From the human T2T-CHM13v2.0 reference genome, Homo sapiens, in the NCBI RefSeq assembly GCF_009914755.1, contig NC_060940.1: DNA of 64,000 bases; one strand, 5' to 3'. Below the pieces are notes generated by a model. The model was not told where the DNA came from, ran no database searches, and saw nothing but the letters and a program-made list of their open reading frames with translations. Made by a program: the position numbers and the translations under genes. Position 1 is the first letter of the stretch; each line of letters starts with the position of its first letter. This document shows positions 1 through 14,200 of this stretch, piece after piece.

Positions 1-3000
1 GAGACCACTGTCTGACGAAAGGCCGTCTAATGAGAGAGACACCTGCTCAACCCCAGACATTCTAATGGGAGAGACTCCTGGCTGACCCCAAGCATCCTGA
101 TAATAAAGAAATCTGAACCACCTGTTGCATTTTAACGATTGAAACACCTGGGCGACCCCAGGCATTCTAATGGGAGAGACTCCTGGCCCACACCAGGCAG
201 TCTAGTGATGGAGAAACTTGGGTGACCCCAGACACTCAAATGGGAGAGACTCCTGGCCAACCCCAGGCAATCTAATAATAGAAACACCTGGGTAACCACA
301 GGAATTCTAATGAAAGAGACTCCCAGCCAACATTAGGCAGTCTAATGATAGAGAAACCTTGGTATACCTAGGCATTTTAATGAGTCTCCTAACCAACAGC
401 AGGAAGTCTAATAGTAGAGACAATTTGGTGACCCCAGGCATTCTAATAAGAAAGACTCCTGGCCAACCCCAGGCATTCTAATGACAGGGACACTTGGACG
501 ACCTTAGGCATTCTAATAGGAGAGAGTCTTGGCTGACCCAAGGCCATCTAGTACAGAGACAGCTTGGCGACCACAAGCATTATAATGGAAGAGGCTCCTG
601 GCCAACCACAGGCAGTCTAATTATAGAGACAACTGGGCGACCTCAGGCATTCTAATAAGAGATTTTTTTTTTTTGCCAACCCCAGGCAGTCTAATGATAG
701 AGAAACCTGGGCGACCCCAGGCATTCTAATGAGAGAGACTTCAAACCGACCACAGGCATTCAAATAATAGAGACACCTGGCCAACCCCAGGCATTCTAAT
801 GAAAGAGACTCCTGGGCAACCCCAGACATTTTAATAAGACAGACTGCTGGCTGACCCCAGGCAGTATAATGATAGAGACACCTTGGTGACCTCAGGCATT
901 CTAATAGAAGAGACTCCCAACCAACACCAGGCATTCTAATGGGAGAGACTCTTTGCCCACCCCAGGCAGTCTAATGCTAGAGATATATGGGCGACCCCAG
1001 GCATTCTAATGGTGGAGACTCCTGGCCAGCCTAAGGCAGTCTAATAATAGAGAGGCTTGATTGATCCCAGGCATTCTAATGGAAGAGACTCCTGGCCTAC
1101 CCAAAGCAATCTAATTACAGAGATACCATGGTGACCCCAGGCATTCTAATGGGAAAGACTCCCAGTGGACCCCAAGTATTAGTATGAAAGAGACACCTGG
1201 GTGACCCCAGTCATTCTAATGGGACACACTCCTTGCCCACCCCAGGCAGTCTAAAAATAGAGACACCACGGCGACCCCAGGAGTTTTAATGGGAGAGTCT
1301 TCTGGCCGAGCCCAGGCAGTCTAATTATAGAGACACTGGAACGACCCCACGCATTCTAATGGAAGAGACTTTTGGCTGACCCCAGGGATTCTAATGAGAA
1401 AGACTCTCAGCCAGCCCCAGGCAGTCTAAGTATAGACACCTGGGCGACCCCAGGCTTTCTAATTTGAGAGACTCCTGGCCGACCCCAGGCATTCTAATGA
1501 TACAGACACCTGGGCAACCCCTGGCATTCTAATGGGAGAGATTCCTGGCTGACCACAGGCAGCTGAATGATAAAGATACCTGAGCAACTCCAGGTATTGT
1601 AATGAGAGAGACTCCCAGGCTGACCCCAAGCATTCTAATAATAGAGACACCTGGTGACCCCAGGCATTCAAATGATAGAGACTTCTGAGTGAACCCAGGC
1701 CTTCTAATGAGACAGACTCCTGGCCAACCCCAGGCATTCTTATGATAGAGTAATCTGGGCCACCCCAGACATTCTAATGGGAGAGATGCTGGGACAAATC
1801 CAGGAAGTCTAATTATAGAGACATCTGGGCAACCTCAGGCATTCTAATGATAAAGACTTCCGGCCAATGTAAAGCTGCTTAATGATAGACCTCGGCGTCC
1901 CAGGCATTTTAATGGGATTGACTCCTGGCTGACCACCAGCAGTTTAATGATAGAGTCATCTGTGCGACCCTATGCATTCTAATGAGACAGGCTTATAGCT
2001 GACCCTAGGCAGTCTAACACTAGAGACACCTGGGGGACACAAGGCTTTCTAATGAAAGGGACTCCGGAATACCCCAGGGTGTGTAATTATAGAGACACCT
2101 GGGCTAGCGCAGGCATTCTAATTATAGGGACAACTCGACGATCCCAAGCATTCTAATGGGAGAGACTCTCGGCTGACACTTGGCATTCTAATGGGAGAGA
2201 CTCCTTGCCAATCCCAGGCAGTCTAATGCTAGAGACACCTGGGTGACCTCAGGCATTCTAATGTGAGATACTCCCGGCCAACATAAGACAGTCTAATGTT
2301 AGAGAAACCTTGGTATTTCTAGGCATTATGAGAGAGTCTCCTGGCCAGGCAATGTAATGATAGAGAAACTTGGGTCACCCCAGGCATTCTAATGGGAGAC
2401 ACCTGGCCAACCCTAGGCATTCTAATGATAGAGACAGCTGGGTGACCCCAGGCATTCTAATGGAAGAGAGTCCTGGCCAACCTCAGGCAGTCTAGGATAT
2501 AAACACCTGGGCAAACACACACATTATAATGGGAGAGATTCCTGGCCAACCCCAGGCAGTCTAAATATAGAGACACCTGGGCAACCTCAGGCATTCTAAT
2601 GGGAGAGACTCCTGGCCAACCCAAGGCAGTCTAATGTTAGAGAAACCTGGGTGACCCCAGGCATTTTAATGGGAGAGACTCCCAGCCGACCTCAGGCATT
2701 CTAATAATACAGACACCTGGGCGACCCCATGCATTCTAATGATAGAGAAACCTGGCCGACTCCAGGCATTCTAACAATAGAGACACCTGGCAGACCCCAG
2801 ACATTCTAATAGGAGAGACTCACAGCCAACCCCAGGCATTCTAATAAGATAGACTTCTGGCCAACCCCAGGCAGTGTAATGATAGAGACACCTTGGCGAC
2901 CTTAGGCATTTTAATGGGAGAGACTTCCGGCCGACAACAGGCATTCTAATGGAAGAGTCGTTTTGCTGACCCCAGGCAGTCTAATGCTAGAGACTCCTGG

Positions 3001-5238
3001 GGGACTCCAGGCATTCTAATGGGAGAGAATCCCAGCCGACATAAGGCAGTCTAATGATAGATACACCTGGACGATTTCAGGCATGTTAATGAGAGAGGCT
3101 CCTGGCTTACCCCAGGCAATCTAATTATAGAGACACCGTTGCAAATCCAGGCTTTTCAATGCGAGAGACTCCTGGCAGACCCCAAGCATTCTTATGATAG
3201 AGACACCTGGGTGACCCCAGGCATTCTAATGGGAGAGACTTTCAGCTGACTCCAGTCTTTTTAATGGGAGACACTCCTGGCCCACCCCAAGCAGTCTAAG
3301 GATAGAGACAGCTGGGTGACCCCAGGCTTTTTAATTGGAGATTCTTCTGGCTGAGCCCAGGCAGTCTAATGATAGAGACATGAGAATGATCCCACACATT
3401 CTAATGGATGAGACTATTGGGCGATCCCAGGCATTCTAATGAGAAAGATTCTGGGCCAACCCCAGGTGGTCTAAGGATAGACACACCTGGGTGACCCCAG
3501 GCATTCTAATTTGAGAGACTCCCAGCCAACCCCAGGTATTCTAATTATACAGACACCTGTGTGACTCCTGACATTATAATGGTAGAGACTCCTGGCTGAC
3601 CAAAGGTAGTGGAATGTTAGAGAAACCTGTGTGACCACAGGTGTTTTAATGGGAGAGACTCATGGCTGATCCCAAACATTCTAATGATAGAGAAACCTGG
3701 GCGACCTCTGGCATTAGAATGACAGAGACATCTGGGCAAACCCAGGCATTCTAATGGGAGAGAGTTCTGGGCAAACCCAGGCATTCTAATGGTGGAGACT
3801 CCTTGGCAACCCCAGGCATTCTACTGATAGAGTCATCTGGGCAACCCCAGGCATTCTAATGGAAGAGACTTTTGGTAGGCAGTCTAATGGTAGAGAAACC
3901 TGGGTGACCCCAGGCATTCTAATGGGAGAGATTTTTGGCCAACCCCAAACATTCTAATAAGAGAGACTCCTGGTTGACCCCAGGCAGTCTAATGATTGAG
4001 ACACCTGAGCAACCAAAGGCATTCTAATGGGAAGGAATTTTGACCAACCCCAGGCAGTCTGATGAATGAGACACCTAAGCAATACCAGGCATTATAATGG
4101 GAAAGACTCCTGGCCAACCCTAGGCAGTTTAATGGTAGAGACACTTGGTCGACCCCAGGCATTCTAATAGGAGAGACTCCTGGCTGACCCCAAGCATTCT
4201 TATGATAGAGACACCTGGTCGACTTTAGTTATCCTAATGGGAAAGACCCTCAGCTGAACCCCAGACATTCTAATGGGAGAGACTACTGACTGATGCCAGG
4301 CAGTCTAAGGGTAGAGGCAACTGGGCGACCCCAGGCATTCTAATAGGAGATACTTCTGGCCAACCCAAGACAGTTTAATAATAGAGACACCTGGACGACA
4401 CCAGACATTTTAGTGGGAGAGACTCTCGGCTGACCTGAGGCATTTTCATGGGAGAGACTCCTTGCCCACCCCAGGCAGTCAGATGATAAAGACACCTGGG
4501 TGACCCCCAGGCTGGAGTGCAGTGGTGCAATCTTGGCTCACTGCAAGATCTGCCTCCTGGGTTGATGCCATTCTCCTGCCTCAGCTTCCCCTGTAGCTGG
4601 GACTACAGGCTCCTGCCATCACGCCTGGCTAATTTTTTATATTTTTAGTAAAGATGAGGTTTTACTGTGTTAGCCAGGATGGTCTTGATCTTCTGACCTC
4701 GTGATCTGCCTGCCTCAGCCTCCCAAAGTGCTGGGATTACAGATGTGAGCCACCACGCCTGGCCAACCCCAGGGACTCTAATGGGAGAGACTCCTGGCCA
4801 ACCCCAGGCCTTCTTATAATACAGACACCTGGGTGACCTTAGGCATTCTAGTAGGAGAGACTCCCTGCTTACCACAGGCCGTCTAATGATTGAGACACCT
4901 GGGCAACACCAGGCATTCTAATGGAAGAGACGTTTGGCCGACTCCAAGCATTCTAATAATAGAGACACCTGAACAACCCCTGGGATTTTAAAGGTTGAGA
5001 CACCTGGACAACCCCAGGCATCCTAATGGCATAAAATTAGTTAATGGCATAAAATTTTGATTTTAATGAGAGTTTCCTGGCCATCACCAGGCAGTCTAAT
5101 TATAGGAACACTTGAGCTACCCCAGGCATTCTAATGGGAGAGACTACCGACCAAACCCAGGCATTCTAACGATAGAGATACCTGGGCGACCTCAGGCATT
5201 TTTAATGGCAGAGACTCCTGACTGTCCCCAGCTGTCTA
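1..5238. repeat. HSAT4-type 35-bp satellite array
   Basis: Diverged tandem ~35-bp units alternating between GGCATTCTAATGGGAGAGACTCCTGGCCAACCCCA and GGCAGTCTAATGATAGAGACACCTGGGCGACCCCA. The array runs off the left edge. Family name from recalled consensus. Confidence 0.85.
4506..4764 (-). mobile_element. AluY-like element without poly(A) tail, embedded in the satellite
   Basis: CCCAGGCTGGAGTGCAGTGG...CCACGCCTGGCC, with Y-type text (TTAGCCAGGATGGTCTTGATC, GCCATTCTCCTG, GGGACTACAGG). No T-tract at the left end. Confidence 0.9.
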
Positions 5239-8200
5239 GAAAGGTCTCAGAAATGTCCCTTCAAAAATAATACAAACAGAGTGTTTCCAACCTGTTGAAT
5301 AAAAACATATGTTTCATTCAGTGAGATGAACCCACACATCACAAAGCATTTACAGATATAGCTTTCTAGTTTTTATTGTGGGAAGCTCGATTTTTCACTA
5401 TAGGCCTCAATGGGCTCAGAAATGTTCCTTGATAGATTCTACAAAATGAGTGTTTCCTACCTGTGGAATCAAAACAGAGGTTTAATTCTTTGAGATTAAT
5501 CCACAGATTACAAAGCACTTTCACAGATAGGTTGTTTCTAACTTTTATCGTGGGATATTCCATTTTTCACTACAAGCTTGAGTAGTCTCAGAAATGTCCC
5601 TTCTTAGATTCTACAAAAAGAATGTTTCTAAAGTAATGAACCAACATACAGGTTCCATTCAGTGAGATAAATCCACACATCACTAAGCATTTTCACAAAA
5701 AGCTTGTTGCTAGTTTTTATCTTGAGATATTCCATTTTTCACTATAGGCATTAATGGGCTTGAAAAATGTCCCTTTGTAGATTCTACAAAAAGAGTGTTT
5801 CCAACCTGCTGAAACAAAACATAACTGATAGAAGAATTCACGCATTGCAAAATATTTTCACTGATGCTTGTTCCTAGTTTTTCTAAGGGGATATTCAGTT
5901 TTTCAGTATTGACCCCAATGGACTCAGAAATGTTCCTTCCTAGATTCTACAAAAAGAGGGTTTTCAACCTGCTGAATCAAAACAAAGGTTTAAGCCTGTG
6001 AGATGAATCCACACATTGCAAAGCATTTTCACAGATAGCTTGTTTCTAGTTTTTATCTTGGGATATGCAATTTTTCACTATATGACCCAGTAGGCTAAGA
6101 AATGTCTTTGTAGATTCTACAAAAAGAGAGTTTCCAACCTGCTGAATCAAAGCAAAGGTGTAATTCTGTGAGAGGAATCCACATATCACTAAGCATTTTC
6201 ACATATAGCTTGTTTCTAATTTATATCATGAGACATTCGTTTTTTCACTATAGGCCTCAAAAAGCTCAGCAATGTTTCTTCATAGATTCTACAAAAAAGT
6301 GTTTTCAAGATGGTGAATCAAAACACAGGTTCCATTTGGTGAGATGCATCCACACAGCACATAACATTTTCACAGACAGATTGTTTTTAGTTTTTATTGT
6401 GAGACACTTGTTTTTATCATAGGCCTCAATGTGCTCAGGAAAGTTTCTCCATAGATTCTACAAAAAGAGTGTTTCCATCCTTTTAAATCAAAACAAAAAT
6501 TTAACTCTGTAATATGAATCCATCAATTCCAAAGCATATTCACAGATAGCTTGTTTACAGTTTTAATAGTGGGATATTCTGTTTTTCACTATTTGCATCA
6601 GGCATATCAGAAGTGTCCCTTCATAGAGAGTACAAAAAGTGTGTTTCTGACATGGTGAATCAACATAAAGGTTCCATTTGGTGAGATTAATCCACACATC
6701 ACAAATAATTTTTACTTATAGCTTGTTTCTAGTTTTTATCGTGGGACATTTAGTTTTTCATGAAAGGCCTCAATTTGCTCTAAAATATTCCTTTGTTGAT
6801 TGTTCAAAAAGTGTTTCCAACCTGTTGAATCAAAACAAATATTTTATTCTTTGTGGTAAATCCACACATCACAAATCATTTTTGCCAATAGTTTTTTTGT
6901 AGTTTTTATTCTGGGAAATTCAGTTATTTCCTGTTGACCTCAAATTGCTCAGAAATGTCCCTTCATAGATTCCACAAAATGAGTGTTTACAACCTGTGGA
7001 TTAAAAAAGGGTTTATTTCTGTGAGATACATTTACACATTGCAAAGTATTTTCCCAGATAGCTTGTTTCTAGTTTTTATCACAGGAAATTCAGTTTTTCA
7101 TTATAGGCTTCAATGAGCTAAGAAACGTTTCTTCGTAGATTCTACAAAAAGAGTGTTTCCAACCTGGTAAATCAAAAAACAGGTTTCATTCAGTGAGATT
7201 AATCCACATATCACAACGCATTTTCACAGATAGCTTCTTTTTACTTTTTATCAGGAGATATTCAGTTTTTTTATCATAGGCCTCAAAGGGCCCAGAAATG
7301 TTTATTAGTAAGTTCTACAAATAAAGTGTTTCTAACTCTTTGAATCAATACAAAGTTTAACTCTGTGAGATGAATCCAAACATTCCAAAGCATTCTCACA
7401 GATTACTTCTTTCTAGTTTTTGTAGCAAAAATTAGATTCTTCACTATAGGCCTCAGTGGGCTCAGAAATGTCCCTTTGCAGATTGTACAATAAAGTGTTT
7501 CCATCCTGGTGAATCAAAACGCAGGCTTCATTCCGTTAGATAAACCCACACATCACAAAGCTTTTACAGATAGCTTGTTTCTAGTTTCTATCATTGGATA
7601 TTCATTTTTTTGCTATAGATCTCAATGGGCTCAGAAATTTTTTTGTAGATAGTACAAAAAGGTGTTTCCAACCAGTTGAATTAAAACACAGGTTTAAATC
7701 TCTGAGATGAATCCACACATCCAAAAGCATTTTCACAGATAGCTTGTTTCAAGCCTTTATCAGAGAATATTTGGTTTTTCACAATGGGCCTCAAAGGGAT
7801 CTGAAATATCCTTTGGTAGATTCTACAAAAAGAGTGTTTTAACCTGGTGTATTGACATACAGGTTTCATTCAGTGAGATGAATCCACATATCACAAGGTA
7901 TTTTCAGAGATAGCTTGTTTCTAGTTTTCATCATGGGATGTTCGATTTTTCACTACAGTTTTCATTTATTTTGTGGGATAGTCAGCTATTCAGTATAGGC
8001 TTCAATGTGCTCAGAAATATTTCTTCATAGATTCTACAAAAAAGAGTGTTTCCAAGCTGTGTAATAAAAACAAAATTTTAACTCTGTGAGATGAATCTAT
8101 ACATCTAAAAGAACCCATAACTCACAAAGCAGTTTCACAAAGAGCTTGCTTTTAATTTTTAATCACATGATATTCAGTTTCTTACTGCAGGCTTTGAAGG

Positions 8201-11200
8201 GCTCAGAAATATACCTTTGTAGATTTTATAAAAAACGTGTTTCCAACCTGGTGAATCAAAACACCGGTAACATTTGATGAGATGAATACACTCATTATAA
8301 GGTATTTTCACAGACAGCTTTTTTTCTAGTTTTTATTACAAAATATTTGCTTCTTCAACATGGCTCCAGTAAGTTCAGAAATGTCACTTTCTCGAATTCT
8401 ACAATAAGGGGGTTTCCAACCTGGTGAATCAAAACAGAGGATCTATTTAATTAGATGAATCCACACATCACAAAGCATTTTGACAGATAGCATGTTTCTA
8501 GTTTTGATCGTAGGATATTCAGTTTTTCATTATAGTCCTCAACAGGCTAAAAAATGTCTCTTTGTAGATTCTACAAAAAGAGTGTTTCCAATTTGTACAA
8601 TGCAAACAAAAGTTCAACTCTTTGAGATGGGTCTGCCCATTGCAAAGCATTTTCCTAGATTGCTTGTTTCTAGTTTTAATCCTGGGAAATTTGTTTTTTT
8701 AGGATGGGCCCCAAAGGGGGTCAGAAATGTCCCTTCATAAATTTTACAAAAAGAGTGTTTCCAGCCTGTTAAATCAAAACAAAGCATTAACTCTTTGAGA
8801 TGAATACACACATCACAAAGCATTTTAACAAATAGCTAGTTTCTAGTTTATATAGTGAAAATTTCAGTTCTTCACAACTGGCCTCTATGGAGTAAGAAAT
8901 GCCCCAATATAAATCCTACAAAAAGAGTGTTTCCACCCTGTTAAATCAAAATAAAGGTAAAACACTTTGAGATAAATCCACACATAACAAAGAATTTACA
9001 CAGATATCTCATTTCTAGTTTTTATCACAGGAAATTTAATTTTTCACTATGGGCCTGAATGGAACCAGAAATGTCCCTTTGTAGATTCTACAAAAAAAGG
9101 GTATCCAAGCTGTGGAATCAAAATAAATGTTTAAATCTGCAAGGTGAGTCCACAAATCACAAAGCATTTTTACATATAGTTTGTTTCTAGTTTTTATCAT
9201 GGATATTTGGCTTTACATGATGCACCTCAATGGGCTCTCAAATGTTTCTTCATAGATTCTATAAAAAGAGTGTTTCCAAATCAGTGAATCAAAACACAGG
9301 TTCCATTCGGCTACATGAATCCATACACCACAAAGCATTTTCATAGGTAGCTTGTTTCTAGTTATTATCGAGGGATATTCCATTTTTTACAATGGTCTTC
9401 AAAGGGTTCTGAAATATCCCTTTGTTGATTCTACAAGAAGAGTGTTTCCAACCTGGTAAATTGACACACAGTTTCCATTTGGTGAGATGAATCCACACAT
9501 CACAAGTATTTTCAGAGACAGCTTGTTTCTAGTTTTGATAGTGGGATATTTGATTTTTCACCATATTTTCTACCTTTTTTCATGGGATATTCAGTTGTTT
9601 TTTTTTTAGTATAGACCTAAGTGGGCTCAAAACTGTCCCTTTGTAGATTCTACAAGTAGGGTTTCCAACCTAGTGAATAAGAACACAGCTTCTATTTGGT
9701 GAAATGAATCCACCTGTCACAAAGAATTTTCACAGACATCTTGTTTTGACTTTTTATCGCATAATATTCAGTTTCTCACTATAGGCCTGAATGGGCTCAA
9801 AAATATCCCTTCATAGATTCTTCAAAGAGAGTGTTTACAACCTGTTGAATCAAAACAAAGGTGGAAGTCATTGTGATGAAACCGCACATCTCAAAGCATT
9901 TTTAATAATAGCTAGTTATTAGTTTCAATTTTGAAAATTTCCAGTTTTCACTACAGGCATCAATGGGCTCAGAAATGTTTATTTTTGGATTCTACAAATA
10001 AAAACAAAATGTTTCCAACCTGGTGAACCAAAATAAAAGCTTAACTCTGTGAGATAAAGCCACACAGCATGAAGCATTTTTGCAGAGAGCTTGTTTCTAA
10101 TTTTTGTGGTGGGATATTTGATTTTTTACCATAGGCCTTAATGGGCTCAGAAATGTACCTTTATATATTCTACAAAAGAAGTGTTTCCAACCTGGTTAAT
10201 CAAAATACAGATTCCATTCAGTGAGATGAATCCACACATAACAAAGTATTTTCACAGACAGCTTGTTTCTACTTTTTATCGCAGGACATTCAGTTTTTCA
10301 CTGGAGGCCTCAATGGGCTCAGAAATGTCCCTTCATAGATTCTACAAAAAAGGTGTTTCTAACCTACTGAATCAGAACAAAGGTGTAATTCCTTGAGAAG
10401 AAACAAATCACGATGGATTTTCACAAATAGCTCTTTTCTAGTTTTTATCATGGGAAATTTGTGTTTTCAGCATAGGCCTCAACAGGTCAGAAATATCTTT
10501 TCATAGATTCCACAAGAAAAGTGTTTCCACCCTGTGAATCAAAACAAAGGTTTAACTATGAGAGATGAAACCACATATCACAAAGCATTTTCACAGATAG
10601 CTTGTTTCTAGGTTTTATAACAAGATATTCACTTTTTCACCATGGTTTTATTGTGTCCAGAAATGTCACTTTGTGGATTCTACAAAAAGTGTTTCCAACC
10701 TGGTGAATAAAAACATACGTTCTATTAAGTGAGAGGAATCCAAAAATCACAAAGCATTTTCACACATAGCTTTTTTCTAGTATTTATCATGAGATATTTG
10801 GTTTTTTTCAGTATAGGCCTCAATGGGTCAAAAATATGCCTTTGTAGATTCTACAATAAAAGTGTTTCCAAAGTGTTCAATCAAAACAAAGGCTTACCTC
10901 TGTTATATGAATCCACAAATTGCAAAGCATTGTCATAGCTTGTTTGTAGTTTTTATTGCAGGATATTCAGTTTTCCACTAGAGGCCTCAATGGTCTCAGA
11001 AATGTCTTCTGGTAAATTCTATAAAAAGAGTGTTACCAGACTGTTGAAAAAAACCAAAGGTTTACTGCTTTGACATGAATCCACACATTGCAAAGCATTT
11101 TCACAGACAGCTTGTTTCTAATTTTTATCACGGGAAATTCGGTTTTTCACTATAGGCCTAATGGGCTTCAAAATGTCCATTTGTTTATTGTATAAGAAGA

Positions 11201-14200
11201 GTGTCTGCAGCCTGTTGAATCAAAAAAAAAAGGTTTGAATTTGTGAGATGATTCCACACATTGCAAAGCATTTTCACAAATAGGTTGTTACTAGTTTTTA
11301 TAGTGAGAAATTTGTTTTTTCATTATACTTCTCGATGGGCTAAGAAATGTCTCTTGGTAGATCTAACAAAGACAGAGTTTCCAACCTGTTAAATTAAAAC
11401 AAGTTTTAAGTCTGTGAGATGAATCTACACATTGCAAAGCATTTCACAGATAGCTTATTTCTAGTTTTTATTGTGGAAAATTCAGGTTTTCACTGTAGTT
11501 ATCAATGGGCCACAAAATGTTCCTTCGTAGATACTACAAAAAAAGTGTGCTTACAACCTGTTGTATCAAAACAAAGGTTTAACTCTGAGATGAATCCACA
11601 CAATGCAAAGCATTTTCACAGAGAGTTTGTTTTTAGTTTTTATTGGGGGAAATTCTGTTTTTTACTATAGGACTCAATGAACTCACAAATGTTCCTTTGT
11701 AGATTCTACAAAAAGAGTGTTTCCAACCTGTTAAATTAAAACAAAGGTTTAAGTCTGTGAGAAGAATCCACACATCACAAAAGCATTTTCTCAGATAGCT
11801 TGTACTTTTCATTGATGGATAGTCCGTTTTTCACTATAGGCCTCAATGGGCTCCGAAATATTCATTCATGGATTCTACAAAAAGAGTATTTCTAACCTAT
11901 TGAATCTAAACAAAGGTTTACATCTGTGAGATGAATTCACACATCCCACAGCATTTTCACAGATAGCTTGTTTCTAGTTTATATAGTAGAAAATTTGTTT
12001 TTTCTCTATAGTCCTCTATGGGTTCAGAAGTGTTTCTTTGTACATTCTACAAAAAGAGTGTTTCCAACCTGGTAAATCAAAACACAGGTTCCATTCGGTG
12101 AGATAAATGCACACATCACAAAGCATTGCACAGAAAGGTTGTTTTTAGTTTTTGTCTTGAGATTTTCGAGTTTCCACTATAAGCCTTGGTTTGCTCAGAA
12201 ATGTCCCTTTGTGGATTCTACAAAACGTGTGTTTCCAAATAGGGAATCAAAACACAGTTTGCATTCTGTGAGTTGAATCCACATATCACAAAGCATTTTC
12301 ACAGATTTCATGTTTTTAATTTTTCTCACAGGATATTCAATTTTTCACTACAGGCCTCAATGGGACCAGAAATGTCCATTCGTAGATTCTACAAAATGAG
12401 TGTTTCCAATCTGTTGAATGAAAACAAAGGTTTTTCTTTGTGAGATAAATCCACACATCCCAAAGCATTTTCACAGATAGCTGGTCTGTAGTTTTTATTA
12501 CAGGAGATTTGGTTTTTCACTGTAGGCATCAGTGGGCTCAGAAATGTCCATCTGTAGATTCTACAAAAAGAGTGTTTCCAACCTGTTGAATCAAAATAAA
12601 CTTTTAACTCCATGAGATAAATCCACACATCACAAAGCATTTTTAGAGATAGCTTGTTTTTAGTTTTTCTCATGGGATATTCAGTTTTATATTATAGGCC
12701 TCAATGGGCTCTGAAATGTCCCTCCATAGATTCTACAAAAAGAGAATTCCCAACCTGTTGAATCAAAAAAAGGTTTAACTCTGTGAGGCGAATTCACACA
12801 TCACAAAGCACTTTCACAGATTTTTTTTTCTAGTTTTTATCATGGAATATTGTTTTTCACTACAAGCCTCAATGGGCTTAGAAATGTTCCTTCATAGATT
12901 CTATATAAGTGTTATTAACATGGTGAATCAATGTACAGGTTTTATTCAGTGAGATGAATCCACACATCACAAAGAATTTTTACAGGTAGCTTATTTCAAG
13001 TTTTTTATCGCATGATATTTGGTTTTTCACTGTAAGCCTCAATTGGCTCAGAAATGAGTTTTTGTAGCTTCTATAAAAAGAGTGTTTACAACCTATTGAA
13101 TCAAAACAAAAGTTTAACTCTGTGGGATGAACCCACATATCACAAAGCTTTTTCACAGGTAGATTCAACCTAGTTCATGTTACGGGATATTTGATTTTTC
13201 ACTATGGGCCTATATATGCTCAGAAATTTTTCTTTATAGATTCTACCAAAATACTTTTTCAAACCCAGTAAATAAAAACTCAGGTTCCATTCAATGAGAT
13301 GAATGAACAAATAACAAATCATTTTCACAGATAGCTTGCTTTTATTTTGTCTCACAGGATATTCACTTTTTGCTACAGGCCTCAATGGTCTCAGAAATAT
13401 CCCTTTGTAGATTCTACGAAAATAGTTTTTCCAACCTGGCAAACAAAAACAGAAGTTTAACTATTTGGGATGCATCCACACATACGAAAGCATTCTCACA
13501 AATAGCTTATTTCTAGTTTTTATCATGCAAAATTCTGTTTTTCACTGTAGGCCTCAATGGGCTTGATATGTCCCTTCATAGATTCTACAAAAAGAGTGTT
13601 TCCAACCTGGTCAATCAAAACACAGGTTTCATTTGGTAAGATGAATTCACACATTAGGAAGCTTTTTCACAGATAGCTTGTCTCTACTTTTTATCGTGAG
13701 ACATTCCCATTTTACTATAGCCTTCGAGGGGCTCAGCAATGATCCTTTGTAGATTCTACAAAAACATGGTTTACAATTTTTTTAATCAAAAGAAATATTT
13801 AACTCTGTTATATGAATCCATACATTGAAAGCATTTTCACAGGTAACTTGTTTCCAGTTATTATCAAGGGAAATTCAATTTTCAAATATAGGCCTCATGG
13901 GCTCAAAAATGTCCCTTCATAGATTTTACAAAAAAAGAATGTTCACAACCTGTCACATCGAAACGAAGGTATAACTCTATGAGATGTATTCACATATTGC
14001 AGAGCAATTTCACAGATTGTTTGTTTCTAGTTTTTGAGGAGACATATTCCATTTTTCAATATAGGTTTCAATGGGCTCAGAAATGTCCCTTTGTAGGTTC
14101 TACTAAACTAGTGGTTTTTAATCCATTCAATCAAAATAAAGGTTTAATTCTGTAAGATGAGTCCACACATCTCAACACGTTTTTATGGATACCTTGTTTG

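Noticed and set aside
617-1737. Repetitive ORFs (LECLG/RMPGV motifs)
   Set aside because: These are chance open frames through HSAT4 units.
1-5238. CRISPR-like array of ~35-bp repeats
   Set aside because: Units are head-to-tail with no unique spacers, there are no cas genes, and the context is primate satellite DNA.
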